Shown: piece by piece, positions 37,063 to 46,943 of the stretch
How the letters are laid out: every line of letters starts with the position of its first letter
How positions within the stretch are numbered: position 1 is the first letter of the stretch
Origin: Balneolales bacterium
GTDB taxonomy: Bacteria; Bacteroidota; Rhodothermia; Balneolales; DATFMH01
Direction of reading: 5' to 3'
Assembly: GCA_035267045.1 (NCBI GenBank)
Contig: DATFMH010000146.1
Span: 6,157 to 70,156 of the forward strand
DNA length: 64,000 bases
The notes under the pieces: model-generated
What the model saw: the letters and a program-made list of their open reading frames with translations, nothing else
Database searches by the model: none
What the model was told of the DNA's origin: nothing
Program-made: the position numbers and the translations under genes

Positions 37063-39174
37063 ATGAAGGAAGATTTTAAATCAGTTGAATTTGCACCTGG
37101 AAAAACATTATCAATAGAAACAGGCCGCCTGGCAAAGCAGGCAAATGGTTCCGTTGTGGTTAGATTAGGTGAGACAATGGTGTTAGCCACAGCAGTAAGT
37201 AAAGAGGAACCGGTGCCAGGTCAGGATTTCTTTCCATTGTCAGTAGATTTTAGAGAAAACTTTTCAGCCGGTGGTCGTTTCCCCGGAGGATTTATTAAAC
37301 GTGAAGGACGCCCTTCTGAAAAAGAGATTTTATCAAGTCGTTTAATCGACCGGACCATTCGTCCCATGTTCCCTAAAGGGTATATGAATGAAACACAAAT
37401 TATTTGCTTTGTTATATCATCTGACGGTGAAAATGATGCTGATGTTTTAGGCGGTGTTGGAGCTTCTGCAGCGCTGACATTATCTGATGTTCCTTTTGAC
37501 GGACCTATTGCCGAAGTTCGCGTAGGTCGTATTGATGGTGAAATTATTGTTAATCCGACGGTAACTGAACTCGAAAATTCGGATATTGATTTGGTATTGG
37601 GCGGAACTATCGACAGCGTTGTAATGGTCGAGGGTGAAATGGGCGAAATTTCCGAAAAGGAAATGCTCGAAGCCATTGATTATGGTCATCAGGCCATTAT
37701 TAAACTATGCCAGTTTCAACTGGACCTGAGAAATGAATTTGGTAAACAAAAACGTGAATTTGTTCCCGAAGAGCCTGATCAGGAACTCGTGAATAAAATT
37801 CATGATCTCATCGGTGACCGTTTTTATGAGATATCCAAAGCACAACTTGATAAAAACGACTATAACCAAAAGATCAAGGATGTTGTAACGGAAATTCAGG
37901 AGAATCTCGCGGAAGAATATCCCGAACAGGAAGGTGATATTTCAGAGATCTGCCATGATTACCAAAAAGATATATTACGTGGACTTATTATTGATGAGAA
38001 GTTACGTATTGACGGTCGAAACACGGATGAAATTCGTCCTATCTGGACACAGGCCGGTTATCTTCCCCGTACACACGGATCCGCAATATTTACACGTGGT
38101 GAGACACAAGCCCTGGTAACTGTAACTCTGGGTACAAAAAGAGATGAACAAAGCATAGATACTCTGTTCAATACAGAGCCTAAGCATTTCATGTTAAATT
38201 ACAATTTCCCACCATTCTGTGTTGGAGAAGCACGTTTCCTTAGAGGTCCCGGACGCCGGGAAATAGGTCACGGTCATCTGGCAGAACGAGCAATCAAGAA
38301 GATGATGCCGGACCAGGAAGAATTTGGGTACACCATTCGTGTCGTTTCCGATATCCTCGAATCAAATGGTTCATCATCAATGGCTTCGGTTTGCGGTGGA
38401 TCTATGGCATTGATGGATGCCGGGGTACCATTAAAAAAACCTGTTGCCGGTATTGCCATGGGCCTTATTAAAGGCGAAGATAAAACGGTTATTCTTTCCG
38501 ATATTCAGGGCCAGGAAGACCACATGGGTGATATGGACTTCAAAGTAACCGGTACTGTTGATGGTATAACCGCTTGTCAAATGGATATCAAGGTAAAAGG
38601 TATTTCCCAGGAAGTTATGCAACATGCATTGGAACAAGCTAAGAAAGGCCGCTTATTTATACTGAGCAAAATGGCTGAGACCATTTCCGTACCCAGAGCG
38701 GAACTTTCAAAATATGCCCCTGCATTTACCAGAATGGAAATAGATGCAGATCAGATTGGTGCCCTTATAGGCCCGGGTGGTAAAATCATCCAGGGTATTC
38801 AAAAAGAAACCAATACCGAGATTAATATTGAAGAAGAAGGTAATAAGGGGATTGTGACCATAGCTGCCATGAGCGGTGCAGAGGCTGAAGAAGCAGTTGC
38901 TAAAGTTAAGGCAGTTGTTGGTAAACTTGAAGAAGGTGAAACCTATGAAGGTACCGTTCGTTCAATAAAAGATTATGGTGCTTTTGTGGAAATCATGCCC
39001 GGAAAAGACGGTTTACTTCACATTTCAGAGATAGATCATAAACATATTAAAAATGTTCGTGAGGTATTGCAGGAAGGTGATATCATTAAAGTAAAACTCC
39101 TGAGTATTGAAGCAGGTGGTAAACTTCGTCTTTCAAGAAAAGCCTTACTTCCTAAGGAAGAAGAAAATGAATAA
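37063..39174 (+). CDS. pnp: polyribonucleotide nucleotidyltransferase (PNPase)
   Basis: 703 aa. Two RNase PH domains, KH (IGPGGKIIQGIQ) and S1 (GTVRSIKDYGAFVEI) domains. Confidence 0.95.
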   Translation: MKEDFKSVEFAPGKTLSIETGRLAKQANGSVVVRLGETMVLATAVSKEEPVPGQDFFPLSVDFRENFSAGGRFPGGFIKREGRPSEKEILSSRLIDRTIRPMFPKGYMNETQIICFVISSDGENDADVLGGVGASAALTLSDVPFDGPIAEVRVGRIDGEIIVNPTVTELENSDIDLVLGGTIDSVVMVEGEMGEISEKEMLEAIDYGHQAIIKLCQFQLDLRNEFGKQKREFVPEEPDQELVNKIHDLIGDRFYEISKAQLDKNDYNQKIKDVVTEIQENLAEEYPEQEGDISEICHDYQKDILRGLIIDEKLRIDGRNTDEIRPIWTQAGYLPRTHGSAIFTRGETQALVTVTLGTKRDEQSIDTLFNTEPKHFMLNYNFPPFCVGEARFLRGPGRREIGHGHLAERAIKKMMPDQEEFGYTIRVVSDILESNGSSSMASVCGGSMALMDAGVPLKKPVAGIAMGLIKGEDKTVILSDIQGQEDHMGDMDFKVTGTVDGITACQMDIKVKGISQEVMQHALEQAKKGRLFILSKMAETISVPRAELSKYAPAFTRMEIDADQIGALIGPGGKIIQGIQKETNTEINIEEEGNKGIVTIAAMSGAEAEEAVAKVKAVVGKLEEGETYEGTVRSIKDYGAFVEIMPGKDGLLHISEIDHKHIKNVREVLQEGDIIKVKLLSIEAGGKLRLSRKALLPKEEENE

Positions 39175-39195
39175 AAAGTAGATAATAACTTTTTT

Positions 39196-39229
39196 AAAGC
39201 GCCAATCGTAAATGATGGCGCTTTTTTTT
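39196..39229 (+). terminator. rho-independent terminator after pnp
   Basis: AAAGCGCCA-11 nt-TGGCGCT followed by eight T. Confidence 0.75.
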
Positions 39230-39275
39230 GTTATTATGCTTTTAATGGCAATTTATTATTGAGTAATTATTTACA

Positions 39276-40532
39276 ATGGAAAACATTAGCAAGCTGGATA
39301 ATATCAACAAATCAACATTACCATCAGGATTACGAATTGTAACTGAAAATATAGATAGTGTTCGAAGTATTTCTGTTGGGATATGGGTTAAAACCGGTAG
39401 CCGACACGAAAGGGACGAAGAAGCAGGGATCACTCATTTCCTCGAACACATGTTATTTAAAGGAACAAAAACACGATCTCAATTCGATATATCTTCGAGT
39501 ATTGAGGCGGCAGGCGGGATGCTGAATGCGTTTACATCCTCAGAATATACATGCTACTATGTGCGCTGCCTGGATTCAGAATTGGATACTGCTGTAAATG
39601 TGTTATCAGACATGATATTGAATTCTAATTTTCCAAAGAAGGAGATCGTTAAAGAGAAGAAAGTCGTTATCGAAGAGATGAAAATGTACCGTGACAGTCC
39701 GGAAGATTTCATTTTTGAAGAATTCGGAGCTCAGGTATTTGAAAATCATCCCCTTGGTCGCCCCATAATCGGTTATGAATCGACTGTATCAGCGTTTAAA
39801 AGAGACGAATTGTTCGATTATATGTCACAGCGATATCAACCATGGAATATTATTATATCAGTGGCCGGAAACGTTGATCATGAACAAGTATTGAAATTGG
39901 GAAAGAATTATTTTAATGGTCAAAAAAAAGGTGCTAATAAGGAAGATAAAAGTATATTAACACCCTATACACCTCAAAAAAAGATCCTGACACGGCCGAT
40001 CGAGCAAACTCATTATATCTTAGGTAAAAGATCCCTTTCTACAAGTGATGATGAACGTTATAAACTGTTACTAATGCAGACGGTTCTAAGTGGTGGCATG
40101 AGTTCACGATTACATCAAAACATCAGGGAAAAATATGGCTATTGTTATGCAATACAAGCTTTTATTCAATCATTTATAGATACTGGCATGTTCGGTGTCT
40201 ATGTAGGTACGGATAAGGAGTATCTTGATCATGTAAAAGATCTTATCTTGAAAGAATTTGATATTTTACGGGGTAATAATATTCCGGATAAAGAGCTGGC
40301 AGAAGCAAAATCGCAGTTGAAAGGCAAATTACTATTATCGCAGGAAAGTATGAGTAATCGTATGACACGTCTTGCAAAAAGTGAGATTTATTTCGATCGT
40401 TACATGACACTTGATGAACTTATCGAGAATATTGATGCGGTAAATGCTGATGATGTTCGTGAGTTTGCACAGGATTTTCTGAACGAAAAAGAAATTACTG
40501 AAACCATTTTATTACCAGAGAATAAAAACTAA
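39276..40532 (+). CDS. M16 family (insulinase-like) zinc peptidase
   Basis: HFLEHMLFKGT (HxxEH) motif. 418 aa. It sits downstream of pnp, as in other bacteria. Confidence 0.8.
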   Translation: MENISKLDNINKSTLPSGLRIVTENIDSVRSISVGIWVKTGSRHERDEEAGITHFLEHMLFKGTKTRSQFDISSSIEAAGGMLNAFTSSEYTCYYVRCLDSELDTAVNVLSDMILNSNFPKKEIVKEKKVVIEEMKMYRDSPEDFIFEEFGAQVFENHPLGRPIIGYESTVSAFKRDELFDYMSQRYQPWNIIISVAGNVDHEQVLKLGKNYFNGQKKGANKEDKSILTPYTPQKKILTRPIEQTHYILGKRSLSTSDDERYKLLLMQTVLSGGMSSRLHQNIREKYGYCYAIQAFIQSFIDTGMFGVYVGTDKEYLDHVKDLILKEFDILRGNNIPDKELAEAKSQLKGKLLLSQESMSNRMTRLAKSEIYFDRYMTLDELIENIDAVNADDVREFAQDFLNEKEITETILLPENKN

Positions 40533-40554
40533 TTAGAAATATTATTTAGAAAAT

Positions 40555-42057
40555 ATGATGGCTATTTCAAGTATTAAGGATTTATCAGAACATGAAGGTA
40601 AAACGGCAACCCTTCAGGGATGGGTTTATAATCAACGCACGAGTAAAAAACTGATCTTTACCATCCTTAGAGATGGAACAGGATTATGTCAGTGTGTTAC
40701 TTCGATTGACGATGTTTCCGGAAATATATGGAAAAAAATATCCTCATTAACGCAGGAAAGTTCACTTAAGCTAACAGGTAAAGTTGTTAAGGATGACCGT
40801 AGTGTTGGTGGCTATGAACTTCATGTTACGGATATTGAAATCGTCAATATTGCCCATGATTATCCCATCACACCAAAAGAACATGGTGTTGAATTTTTAA
40901 TGGATAACCGTCATTTGTGGTTGCGAAGCCAACGTCAATGGGCGGCTATGCAGGTTCGTAATGAAATCATTTATTCTATTCATCAGTTCTTCCAGGAGAG
41001 GGGGTTTATCCAGATGGATGCACCCATTTTTACCGGTAATGCCGCTGAAGGGACTACAACTTTATTTGAAACAAATTATTTTGATCAACCTGCTTATTTG
41101 ACTCAGTCCGGACAGCTTTATGCTGAAGCAATGGCCATGGCTCACGGTAAAGTGTATACCTTTGGACCTACTTTCAGAGCCGAAAAGAGTAAAACACGCC
41201 GGCATCTTACGGAATTCTGGATGATAGAGCCTGAAATGGTTTTTTACGATCTGGATATGGACATGAAATTGGCAGAAGAAATGATTGCCTATATTGTTCA
41301 GCGGGTATTATCAAATAAGCGGTCTCAACTTGAGATACTCGAAAGAGATATCGCGAAACTTGAAAATGTTAAGGCTCCTTTTCCTCGCATCTCCTATAAT
41401 GACGCCGTCGACTTATTGAAGAGTGATAAGACAAAGAATATGCTCGATGAAATGGAGGTCTCCAGAAAAGAGGAAGAAGTTAACCTAAAAAAAGAACTGG
41501 AAGAACTGCAAAAAGAGTACGGACAGGCTAAAAAAGGTCGTAAATATCAGATCGATCGAAGGTCCAAAGAAATACGCGGCCTTTTGGAAAAAATAGAGGA
41601 AGATTTAAGAAATATTCCAACATGGAGAGAATCGGCTGAAAAATTTAAATGGGGAGAAGATTTTGGCGGTAGCGACGAGACGCTGTTAACCATGCAATTT
41701 GATCAACCTATCATGGTTCATCGATACCCGGCTGAAGTTAAAGCATTCTATATGAAAAAAGACCCGGATGATAATCGGCTTGCATTAGCCGTTGATGTAC
41801 TGGCACCGGAAGGTTATGGCGAGATTATTGGTGGATCACAACGTGAAGATGATCTTGATGTGCTGTTGAAAGCTATCGAGAAACATAACCTGCCTGAAGA
41901 AGCATTTAAATGGTATCTCGATTTACGGAGGTATGGATCTGTGCCGCATTCAGGATTCGGTCTTGGATTGGAAAGAACCGTGGCCTGGATTTGTGGCCTC
42001 GAGCACGTCAGGGAGACTATTCCATTTCCACGATTACTCGGCCGTTTATATCCATAG
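40555..42057 (+). CDS. asnS: asparagine--tRNA ligase with internal coiled-coil-like insertion
   Basis: OB-fold N-terminus. Class II motifs ([31 protein letters not shown]). 500 aa, with a charged insert of about 65 aa at roughly residues 293-360. Confidence 0.85.
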   Translation: MMAISSIKDLSEHEGKTATLQGWVYNQRTSKKLIFTILRDGTGLCQCVTSIDDVSGNIWKKISSLTQESSLKLTGKVVKDDRSVGGYELHVTDIEIVNIAHDYPITPKEHGVEFLMDNRHLWLRSQRQWAAMQVRNEIIYSIHQFFQERGFIQMDAPIFTGNAAEGTTTLFETNYFDQPAYLTQSGQLYAEAMAMAHGKVYTFGPTFRAEKSKTRRHLTEFWMIEPEMVFYDLDMDMKLAEEMIAYIVQRVLSNKRSQLEILERDIAKLENVKAPFPRISYNDAVDLLKSDKTKNMLDEMEVSRKEEEVNLKKELEELQKEYGQAKKGRKYQIDRRSKEIRGLLEKIEEDLRNIPTWRESAEKFKWGEDFGGSDETLLTMQFDQPIMVHRYPAEVKAFYMKKDPDDNRLALAVDVLAPEGYGEIIGGSQREDDLDVLLKAIEKHNLPEEAFKWYLDLRRYGSVPHSGFGLGLERTVAWICGLEHVRETIPFPRLLGRLYP

Positions 42058-42078
42058 AACTTAAACCCGGAAACTAAG

Positions 42079-43140
42079 ATGGCAAAAAAAACCAGCATAG
42101 AAATATTCAGGGGTCTGGTCAGTGAGCTCAAGTCGGGTAATGCCAAACCCGTATATTTTTGTTGTGGGGAAGAGGTCTTCTTCCTGGACAGGATTCAGGA
42201 AGGCGTTGTTTCACGTGTCCCGCCGGATCAGCGTGATTTCAACTTAGATATATTATATGGTCAGGATACGAATACAGATCGTATCGTTTCTGTCTGCCGT
42301 AGTTTTCCCATGATGGCTGAAAAGAGGGTTGTCATTATTCGTGATTTCTTTGGATTAGCTAAAAAAAGAGAAATTAGTGATGATCAACCGAATAATATGG
42401 ACGACCTGATACCATATTTCGAACAACCTAACCCTAATACACTCCTGGTTATGATCGATGAAAAGAAACCGAGTGGTAATACACGGTTGGGGAAAGCTAT
42501 AAAGAAAAACAAATCGGTTGGTTATTTTGAATTTAATTCTGTGCCTGAATATCGATTACCGGAATGGATTATAGAGTGGACACAAGTTACTCATAAGAAA
42601 CAATTTGATCCCGCAGCGGCACAATACCTGGCACAATTCGTTGGTGATAATTTACTGCAACTTACTTCTGAAATTGACAAACTGTGTACCTTTAAAAAAG
42701 AAGGGGAACAGATTACACAGGATGATATCCGTGAACTTGTTGGCATATCCAAAGAATACTCCATATTTGAATTGAAGGATGCGATTGTTCAAAAAAACAA
42801 AGAGAAAGCCCTCTTTATAGCCGATAAAATTCTTCAGATGTCCGATTCTATAACGGGTGAAGTTATCAGGACTGTCAGTTTCTTCTATAGCATGTATTCG
42901 AATATCTGGCAGATTCTCAGATTAAAAGAACGTGGACTGACACCCGATCAGATACAAAAGAAAGTAGGCATATCGAATAAATTTTATTTCAATAATCTCA
43001 TGAAAGATGCCAGGGCATATAAAAGTAATGAGATGCCCCGCATTTTTGAAGCATTATTGGATGCCGATAAAGCTATTAAAGGATTTAGTAAAATGGATCC
43101 TTCTTCCATTATGTTTTTTACAATTTCGAAAATTATGTGA
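42079..43140 (+). CDS. holA: DNA polymerase III subunit delta
   Basis: 353 aa. The N-terminus PVYFCCGEEVFFLD..., the FNLDILYG block and the C-terminal helical domain are typical of HolA. Confidence 0.7.
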   Translation: MAKKTSIEIFRGLVSELKSGNAKPVYFCCGEEVFFLDRIQEGVVSRVPPDQRDFNLDILYGQDTNTDRIVSVCRSFPMMAEKRVVIIRDFFGLAKKREISDDQPNNMDDLIPYFEQPNPNTLLVMIDEKKPSGNTRLGKAIKKNKSVGYFEFNSVPEYRLPEWIIEWTQVTHKKQFDPAAAQYLAQFVGDNLLQLTSEIDKLCTFKKEGEQITQDDIRELVGISKEYSIFELKDAIVQKNKEKALFIADKILQMSDSITGEVIRTVSFFYSMYSNIWQILRLKERGLTPDQIQKKVGISNKFYFNNLMKDARAYKSNEMPRIFEALLDADKAIKGFSKMDPSSIMFFTISKIM

Positions 43141-43371
43141 CTTTAAAATGATCGTGTTTTTCTTATCCAAAGTTCATAGCAGTTAAGCAACGTATTTAGA
43201 GGGGTATGGCGCATAGAGAAAATAAGTGCGTATCACCTTTCATATCAAATAGGCGGATTTAAATGAAAAGCGCAATCCCTTCGCGGTGGAGATTGACGCC
43301 GTTGGAAGGTGTTGAAAACGCTAATAACCCGATACAAAAGATACCACACCATATCATCACCATCCTTAGAC

Positions 43372-43401
43372 GTCATGCTGGCCTGATCGGACATCCGGAA
43401 A
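43372..43401 (-). repeat. GC-rich REP-like motif (inverted copy of the motif at 49724-49746 plus GCATGAC)
   Basis: The reverse complement TTTCCGGATGTCCGATCAGGCCAGCATGAC matches TTTCCGGATGCCCGATCGGGGCC...GCATGAC in the 49.7-kb intergenic region. Confidence 0.45.
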
Positions 43402-43404
43402 AAT

Positions 43405-43437
43405 AATCAAGTATGTTTACAATCATACTTGATTTTA
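43405..43437. terminator. bidirectional terminator-like hairpin between holA and the E1 dehydrogenase gene
   Basis: AATCAAGTATG-7 nt-CATACTTGATT: 11-bp stem flanked by AAAAATA upstream and TTTATT downstream. Confidence 0.6.
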
Positions 43438-43513
43438 TTGTAATCATTAATGTTTGATCTGTTTAGCCCTTCCCCTAATCGAATACTTTAGATTCGACCC
43501 ATTCAAGCAATTT

Positions 43514-45508
43514 TCAATAGGCCAGCAGTTTTTGCAGTGTTTGATCCAATCTTGCATTAGCCAGGTAATGTTTTTCAAGCGGGGCCGAGGTCGGAACAGG
43601 GGTATCGAGTGAGGCACATCGCATAACAGGTGCATCCAAATACTCGAAACAATGTTCGGTAATCAACGATGATATTTCACTCATAGGACCCATCGTCAGA
43701 CCAGGTTCCTGTAAAAGTAATGCTTTATTGGTTTTACTAAGTGATTCTGATATAGTTTCAAAATCAACAGGTACCAGTGTTCTCAAATCCAGTACTTCCA
43801 GATTAATATCTTTTTCATGAGCATATTGCTCAGCTATTTCAAGGGCCCACTGTAAACCCATGCCGTAAGTGATAATTGTTGCATCAGAACCTTCACGACG
43901 TATTTTGGCTTTTCCCAGGGGTTCAAACGACACATGATCCGGTGTTTCAGCCTTAAGACTTCGATATAATTTTTTGTGTTCGAACACTATTACGGGATTT
44001 GGGTCAAGAAGAGCGCTATAGGTTAATATATGTGCATCCTCAACAGTACCCGGTACGGCAATTTTGAGCCCTGGATGTTGCATAAACCAGCTTTCGGGAC
44101 AAGTGGAATGAAAAGGACCGGCTCCCACACCACCACCGTTAGGACAGCGGATAGTGACATTAACAGGTGGGGACCAACGATAATGTGATTTTGCAAGATT
44201 ATTGACAATTTGATTATATCCACAAGTGATAAAATCAGAAAACTGCATTTCAACAACGGGCTTAAATCCTTCGAGTGCAAGCCCATAGGCAGCACCAAGA
44301 GCCCCCGATTCAATAATAGGCGTATTACGAACCCGTTCATTTCCGTATTTATCAAGAAATCCTTTGGTCACTTTAAATACACCACCGTACCCGGCAATAT
44401 CCTGTCCCATAATTAAATAGGAACCATCTTCGTCAAAAGCCTGTTCAAGGCCTTTGGTAATAGCATCTATATAACGCTTGGTTGAAGATTTGCCATTTTG
44501 GGTAGTTCTGCTAAGTATGTTTTTGGGAATTGGTCCCCATATCGCTTTAGATTCACGATCTTCGTCCGGTTCGGGGAAAGGCGCCTCAAGTGCTTTTTGA
44601 AGATCAGGCTGAAATGATTCATCAACCTCATCATATATCTTCTCAAGTTCTGATTCGTTGAGGTACTTATTTTCAATCAGCCAATGCTCCAATCTTTTTA
44701 TGGGGTCTTTTTTACCCCATTCTTCGAATAATTCATCGGGGACATAAGCTGTGCCGGATGCCTCTTCATGACCACGCATTCTGAATGTTTTGGCTTCTAC
44801 AAGAATAGGTTTCCCTTCATTAAACACTTTTTCTCGTGCATAAGTGAGGCCATCAATAACCTCAAAAATATTATTTCCATCAATTTTCATCCCCTCGATA
44901 CCATAACCCGGGGCACGATCTGCCAGATCATCACATGCAAATTGTTCTTTTATGGGAGTTGAAAGTCCATATCCGTTATTTTCCACTAAAAAGATGACCG
45001 GTAACTCCCAAACAGAAGCAAGATTAATCGCTTCATGAAAATCACCTTCACTTGAAGCTCCGTCACCGCTGAAACTTAATGCTACAAAACCCTCATCCTT
45101 CATTTTGGAAGCAAGAGCCAATCCATCTGCAACAGGCATCATGGCAGCCAGGTGAGATATCATTCCAATAATCCGGTGTTCAAGAGTACCGAAATGAAAC
45201 GAACGTTCACGCCCGTTAGAATAACCATCTTCTTTTCCCAGTAATTGGCAGAATAAATTATAGAGTGGGACCTCTCTCGTAGTAAACACGCCGAGGTTAC
45301 GGTGCATTGGAAGAATATAATCCCGGTCAGATACAGCAAGTGTGGCACCGACAGCAATTGCCTCCTGACCAATTCCTGAGAACCATTTACTAATTCTGTT
45401 TTGCCGTAGAAGTTTAAGCATTTTTTCTTCAATCCGGCGGGGAAGTAATAATTTCCGATGTATCGAGACAGCTTCTTTTTGGGATAACTTTTTTTTCGTA
45501 GTGATCAT
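43514..45508 (-). CDS. 2-oxoacid dehydrogenase E1 component, fused alpha/beta subunits (TPP-dependent)
   Basis: 664 aa. Alpha-part TPP motif GDGASSEGDFHEAINLASVWELPVIFLVENNGY, followed by a beta-part (MGQDIAGYGGVFKVT, NTPIIESG...). Confidence 0.85.
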   Translation of the reverse strand: MITTKKKLSQKEAVSIHRKLLLPRRIEEKMLKLLRQNRISKWFSGIGQEAIAVGATLAVSDRDYILPMHRNLGVFTTREVPLYNLFCQLLGKEDGYSNGRERSFHFGTLEHRIIGMISHLAAMMPVADGLALASKMKDEGFVALSFSGDGASSEGDFHEAINLASVWELPVIFLVENNGYGLSTPIKEQFACDDLADRAPGYGIEGMKIDGNNIFEVIDGLTYAREKVFNEGKPILVEAKTFRMRGHEEASGTAYVPDELFEEWGKKDPIKRLEHWLIENKYLNESELEKIYDEVDESFQPDLQKALEAPFPEPDEDRESKAIWGPIPKNILSRTTQNGKSSTKRYIDAITKGLEQAFDEDGSYLIMGQDIAGYGGVFKVTKGFLDKYGNERVRNTPIIESGALGAAYGLALEGFKPVVEMQFSDFITCGYNQIVNNLAKSHYRWSPPVNVTIRCPNGGGVGAGPFHSTCPESWFMQHPGLKIAVPGTVEDAHILTYSALLDPNPVIVFEHKKLYRSLKAETPDHVSFEPLGKAKIRREGSDATIITYGMGLQWALEIAEQYAHEKDINLEVLDLRTLVPVDFETISESLSKTNKALLLQEPGLTMGPMSEISSLITEHCFEYLDAPVMRCASLDTPVPTSAPLEKHYLANARLDQTLQKLLAY

Positions 45509-45847
45509 CTATTTTATTAGAAAAATTTCTATTTTGTATACATTAAAAAATTCGTACACAAATGATTATCATTTGCATATTTGAAGATTATTGAACTGTT
45601 TTTTATATGATGATGTTTTAAACATTAGTAAATTGGAACAATAAATAATCAAGAGTAAGTTATTTTTTTAACATACTAATTTCCAATAATCTTATATTAG
45701 AAAGTTTTTTTTAAACAGGTCAATATTATTAAACAAAATTGGCATTAAAACAGTTCTCAAAATAGGATTTATGCGTCAAAGATATTGAAGGAAGAGAAAC
45801 AGAATATAATTAAGCATTCTAAAAACCAGTTTTAGGTCTGGAACATA

Positions 45848-45946
45848 AATGCGGCCGCATACAAATAGTGTAGTTACAATAATATGTATGCAGGGTTGCA
45901 TTTTTTCGTATAAACGCCGGGAATTAATGTGAATTCACGGATTTTT
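45848..45946 (+). promoter_or_regulatory. two consecutive hairpin plus U-tract elements in the speH leader (attenuator or riboregulator candidate)
   Basis: Hairpin 1 is nested: AAATGC...GCATACA-21 nt-TGTATGC...GCATTTTTTT (45848-45906). Hairpin 2 is CCGGGAATT-6 nt-AATTCACGG-ATTTTT (45917-45946). Both end within 140 nt of the speH ATG. Confidence 0.3.
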
Positions 45947-45983
45947 CAATTAACAAACACGAAAGTGTAAGTATGTAAGGTCA

Positions 45984-46397
45984 ATGAAAGCATTAGGTAG
46001 ACAAATTCTTGTAGAATATTACGACTGCGACACTGAAGTCATTAATGACGTTGCTGAGGTTGAGGAAATCTTGTTGACAGGCACTAAAAAGTCGAAGGCA
46101 AGCATTATCTCCCACAATTTTCATAAGTTTAGTCCGCACGGTGTAAGCGGTACAGTGGTAATCGCTGAATCACATGTTGCCATACATACATGGCCGGAAT
46201 ACGGTTACGCTGCAGTAGATATATTTACTTGTGGCGACACTATAGATCCATGGATTATACAGGAATATTTGAAAGATGCCTTTAAATCCGAAAATGTTTC
46301 CAGTATGGAATTAAAAAGAGGTATGTTCAAACGCGGACCAGGTGAAGAACTTCTTTTTAAACCCAGAGATGCCGAAAAAATAAATTCTATTTATTAA
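45984..46397 (+). CDS. speH: S-adenosylmethionine decarboxylase proenzyme (pyruvoyl, SpeH type)
   Basis: GRQILVEYYDC... and VVIAESHVAIHTWPEYGYAAVDIFTCG, including the ES self-cleavage site. Confidence 0.85.
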   Translation: MKALGRQILVEYYDCDTEVINDVAEVEEILLTGTKKSKASIISHNFHKFSPHGVSGTVVIAESHVAIHTWPEYGYAAVDIFTCGDTIDPWIIQEYLKDAFKSENVSSMELKRGMFKRGPGEELLFKPRDAEKINSIY

Positions 46398-46423
46398 TTA
46401 ATTACGGATATTTTTTACAGTCG

Positions 46424-46930
46424 ATGAATATACAACCTGATATTGATCTGAGTAATTCTCTTATGGTCAGGACACCGAATATATATTGCCTTGTTAAAGG
46501 AGCAGCGGAGGGGACAATGCCATTAAATGCCTTTGATAATGCTTTATTAAATGCAGGTGTAGGAGACACCAATTTAATGAGGATGAGTAGTATTGTACCT
46601 CCTAATTGCAAACAGGTACGCGAAGTTTCCTTGCCCGGCGGTAGTTTAATACCTATCGCTTATGCTTCTTACGAATCGAAAATTTCGGGAGAAGTTATTT
46701 CAGCAGCAATTGCTGTCGGAATTCCGGAAGATCCTGCGTTACCGGGAGTCATTATGGAATACGAAGATGCAACTACACTGGATGTCGTAGAAGACAAAGT
46801 GCGTCAAATGGTTATCGATGCTTTTGATTATCGTAAAAGAAAACTTAAAGAGGTGAAATCGGTTGGAATAGAGCACATTGTTAAAAAATGTGGTGCTGTT
46901 TTTGCCGGAGCCGTTCTCTGGTATGAATAA
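46424..46930 (+). CDS. pdaD: pyruvoyl-dependent arginine decarboxylase
   Basis: 168 aa. LNAFDNALLNAGVGDTNLMRMSSIVPP, including the Ser-Ser self-processing site typical of PdaD. Confidence 0.8.
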   Translation: MNIQPDIDLSNSLMVRTPNIYCLVKGAAEGTMPLNAFDNALLNAGVGDTNLMRMSSIVPPNCKQVREVSLPGGSLIPIAYASYESKISGEVISAAIAVGIPEDPALPGVIMEYEDATTLDVVEDKVRQMVIDAFDYRKRKLKEVKSVGIEHIVKKCGAVFAGAVLWYE

Positions 46931-46943
46931 TTGAGGGATATCG

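Noticed and set aside
43447-43635. 62-aa minus-strand ORF overlapping the 3' end of the E1 dehydrogenase gene
   Set aside because: It is out of frame with the strongly supported E1 gene and extends into the spacer. No motif.
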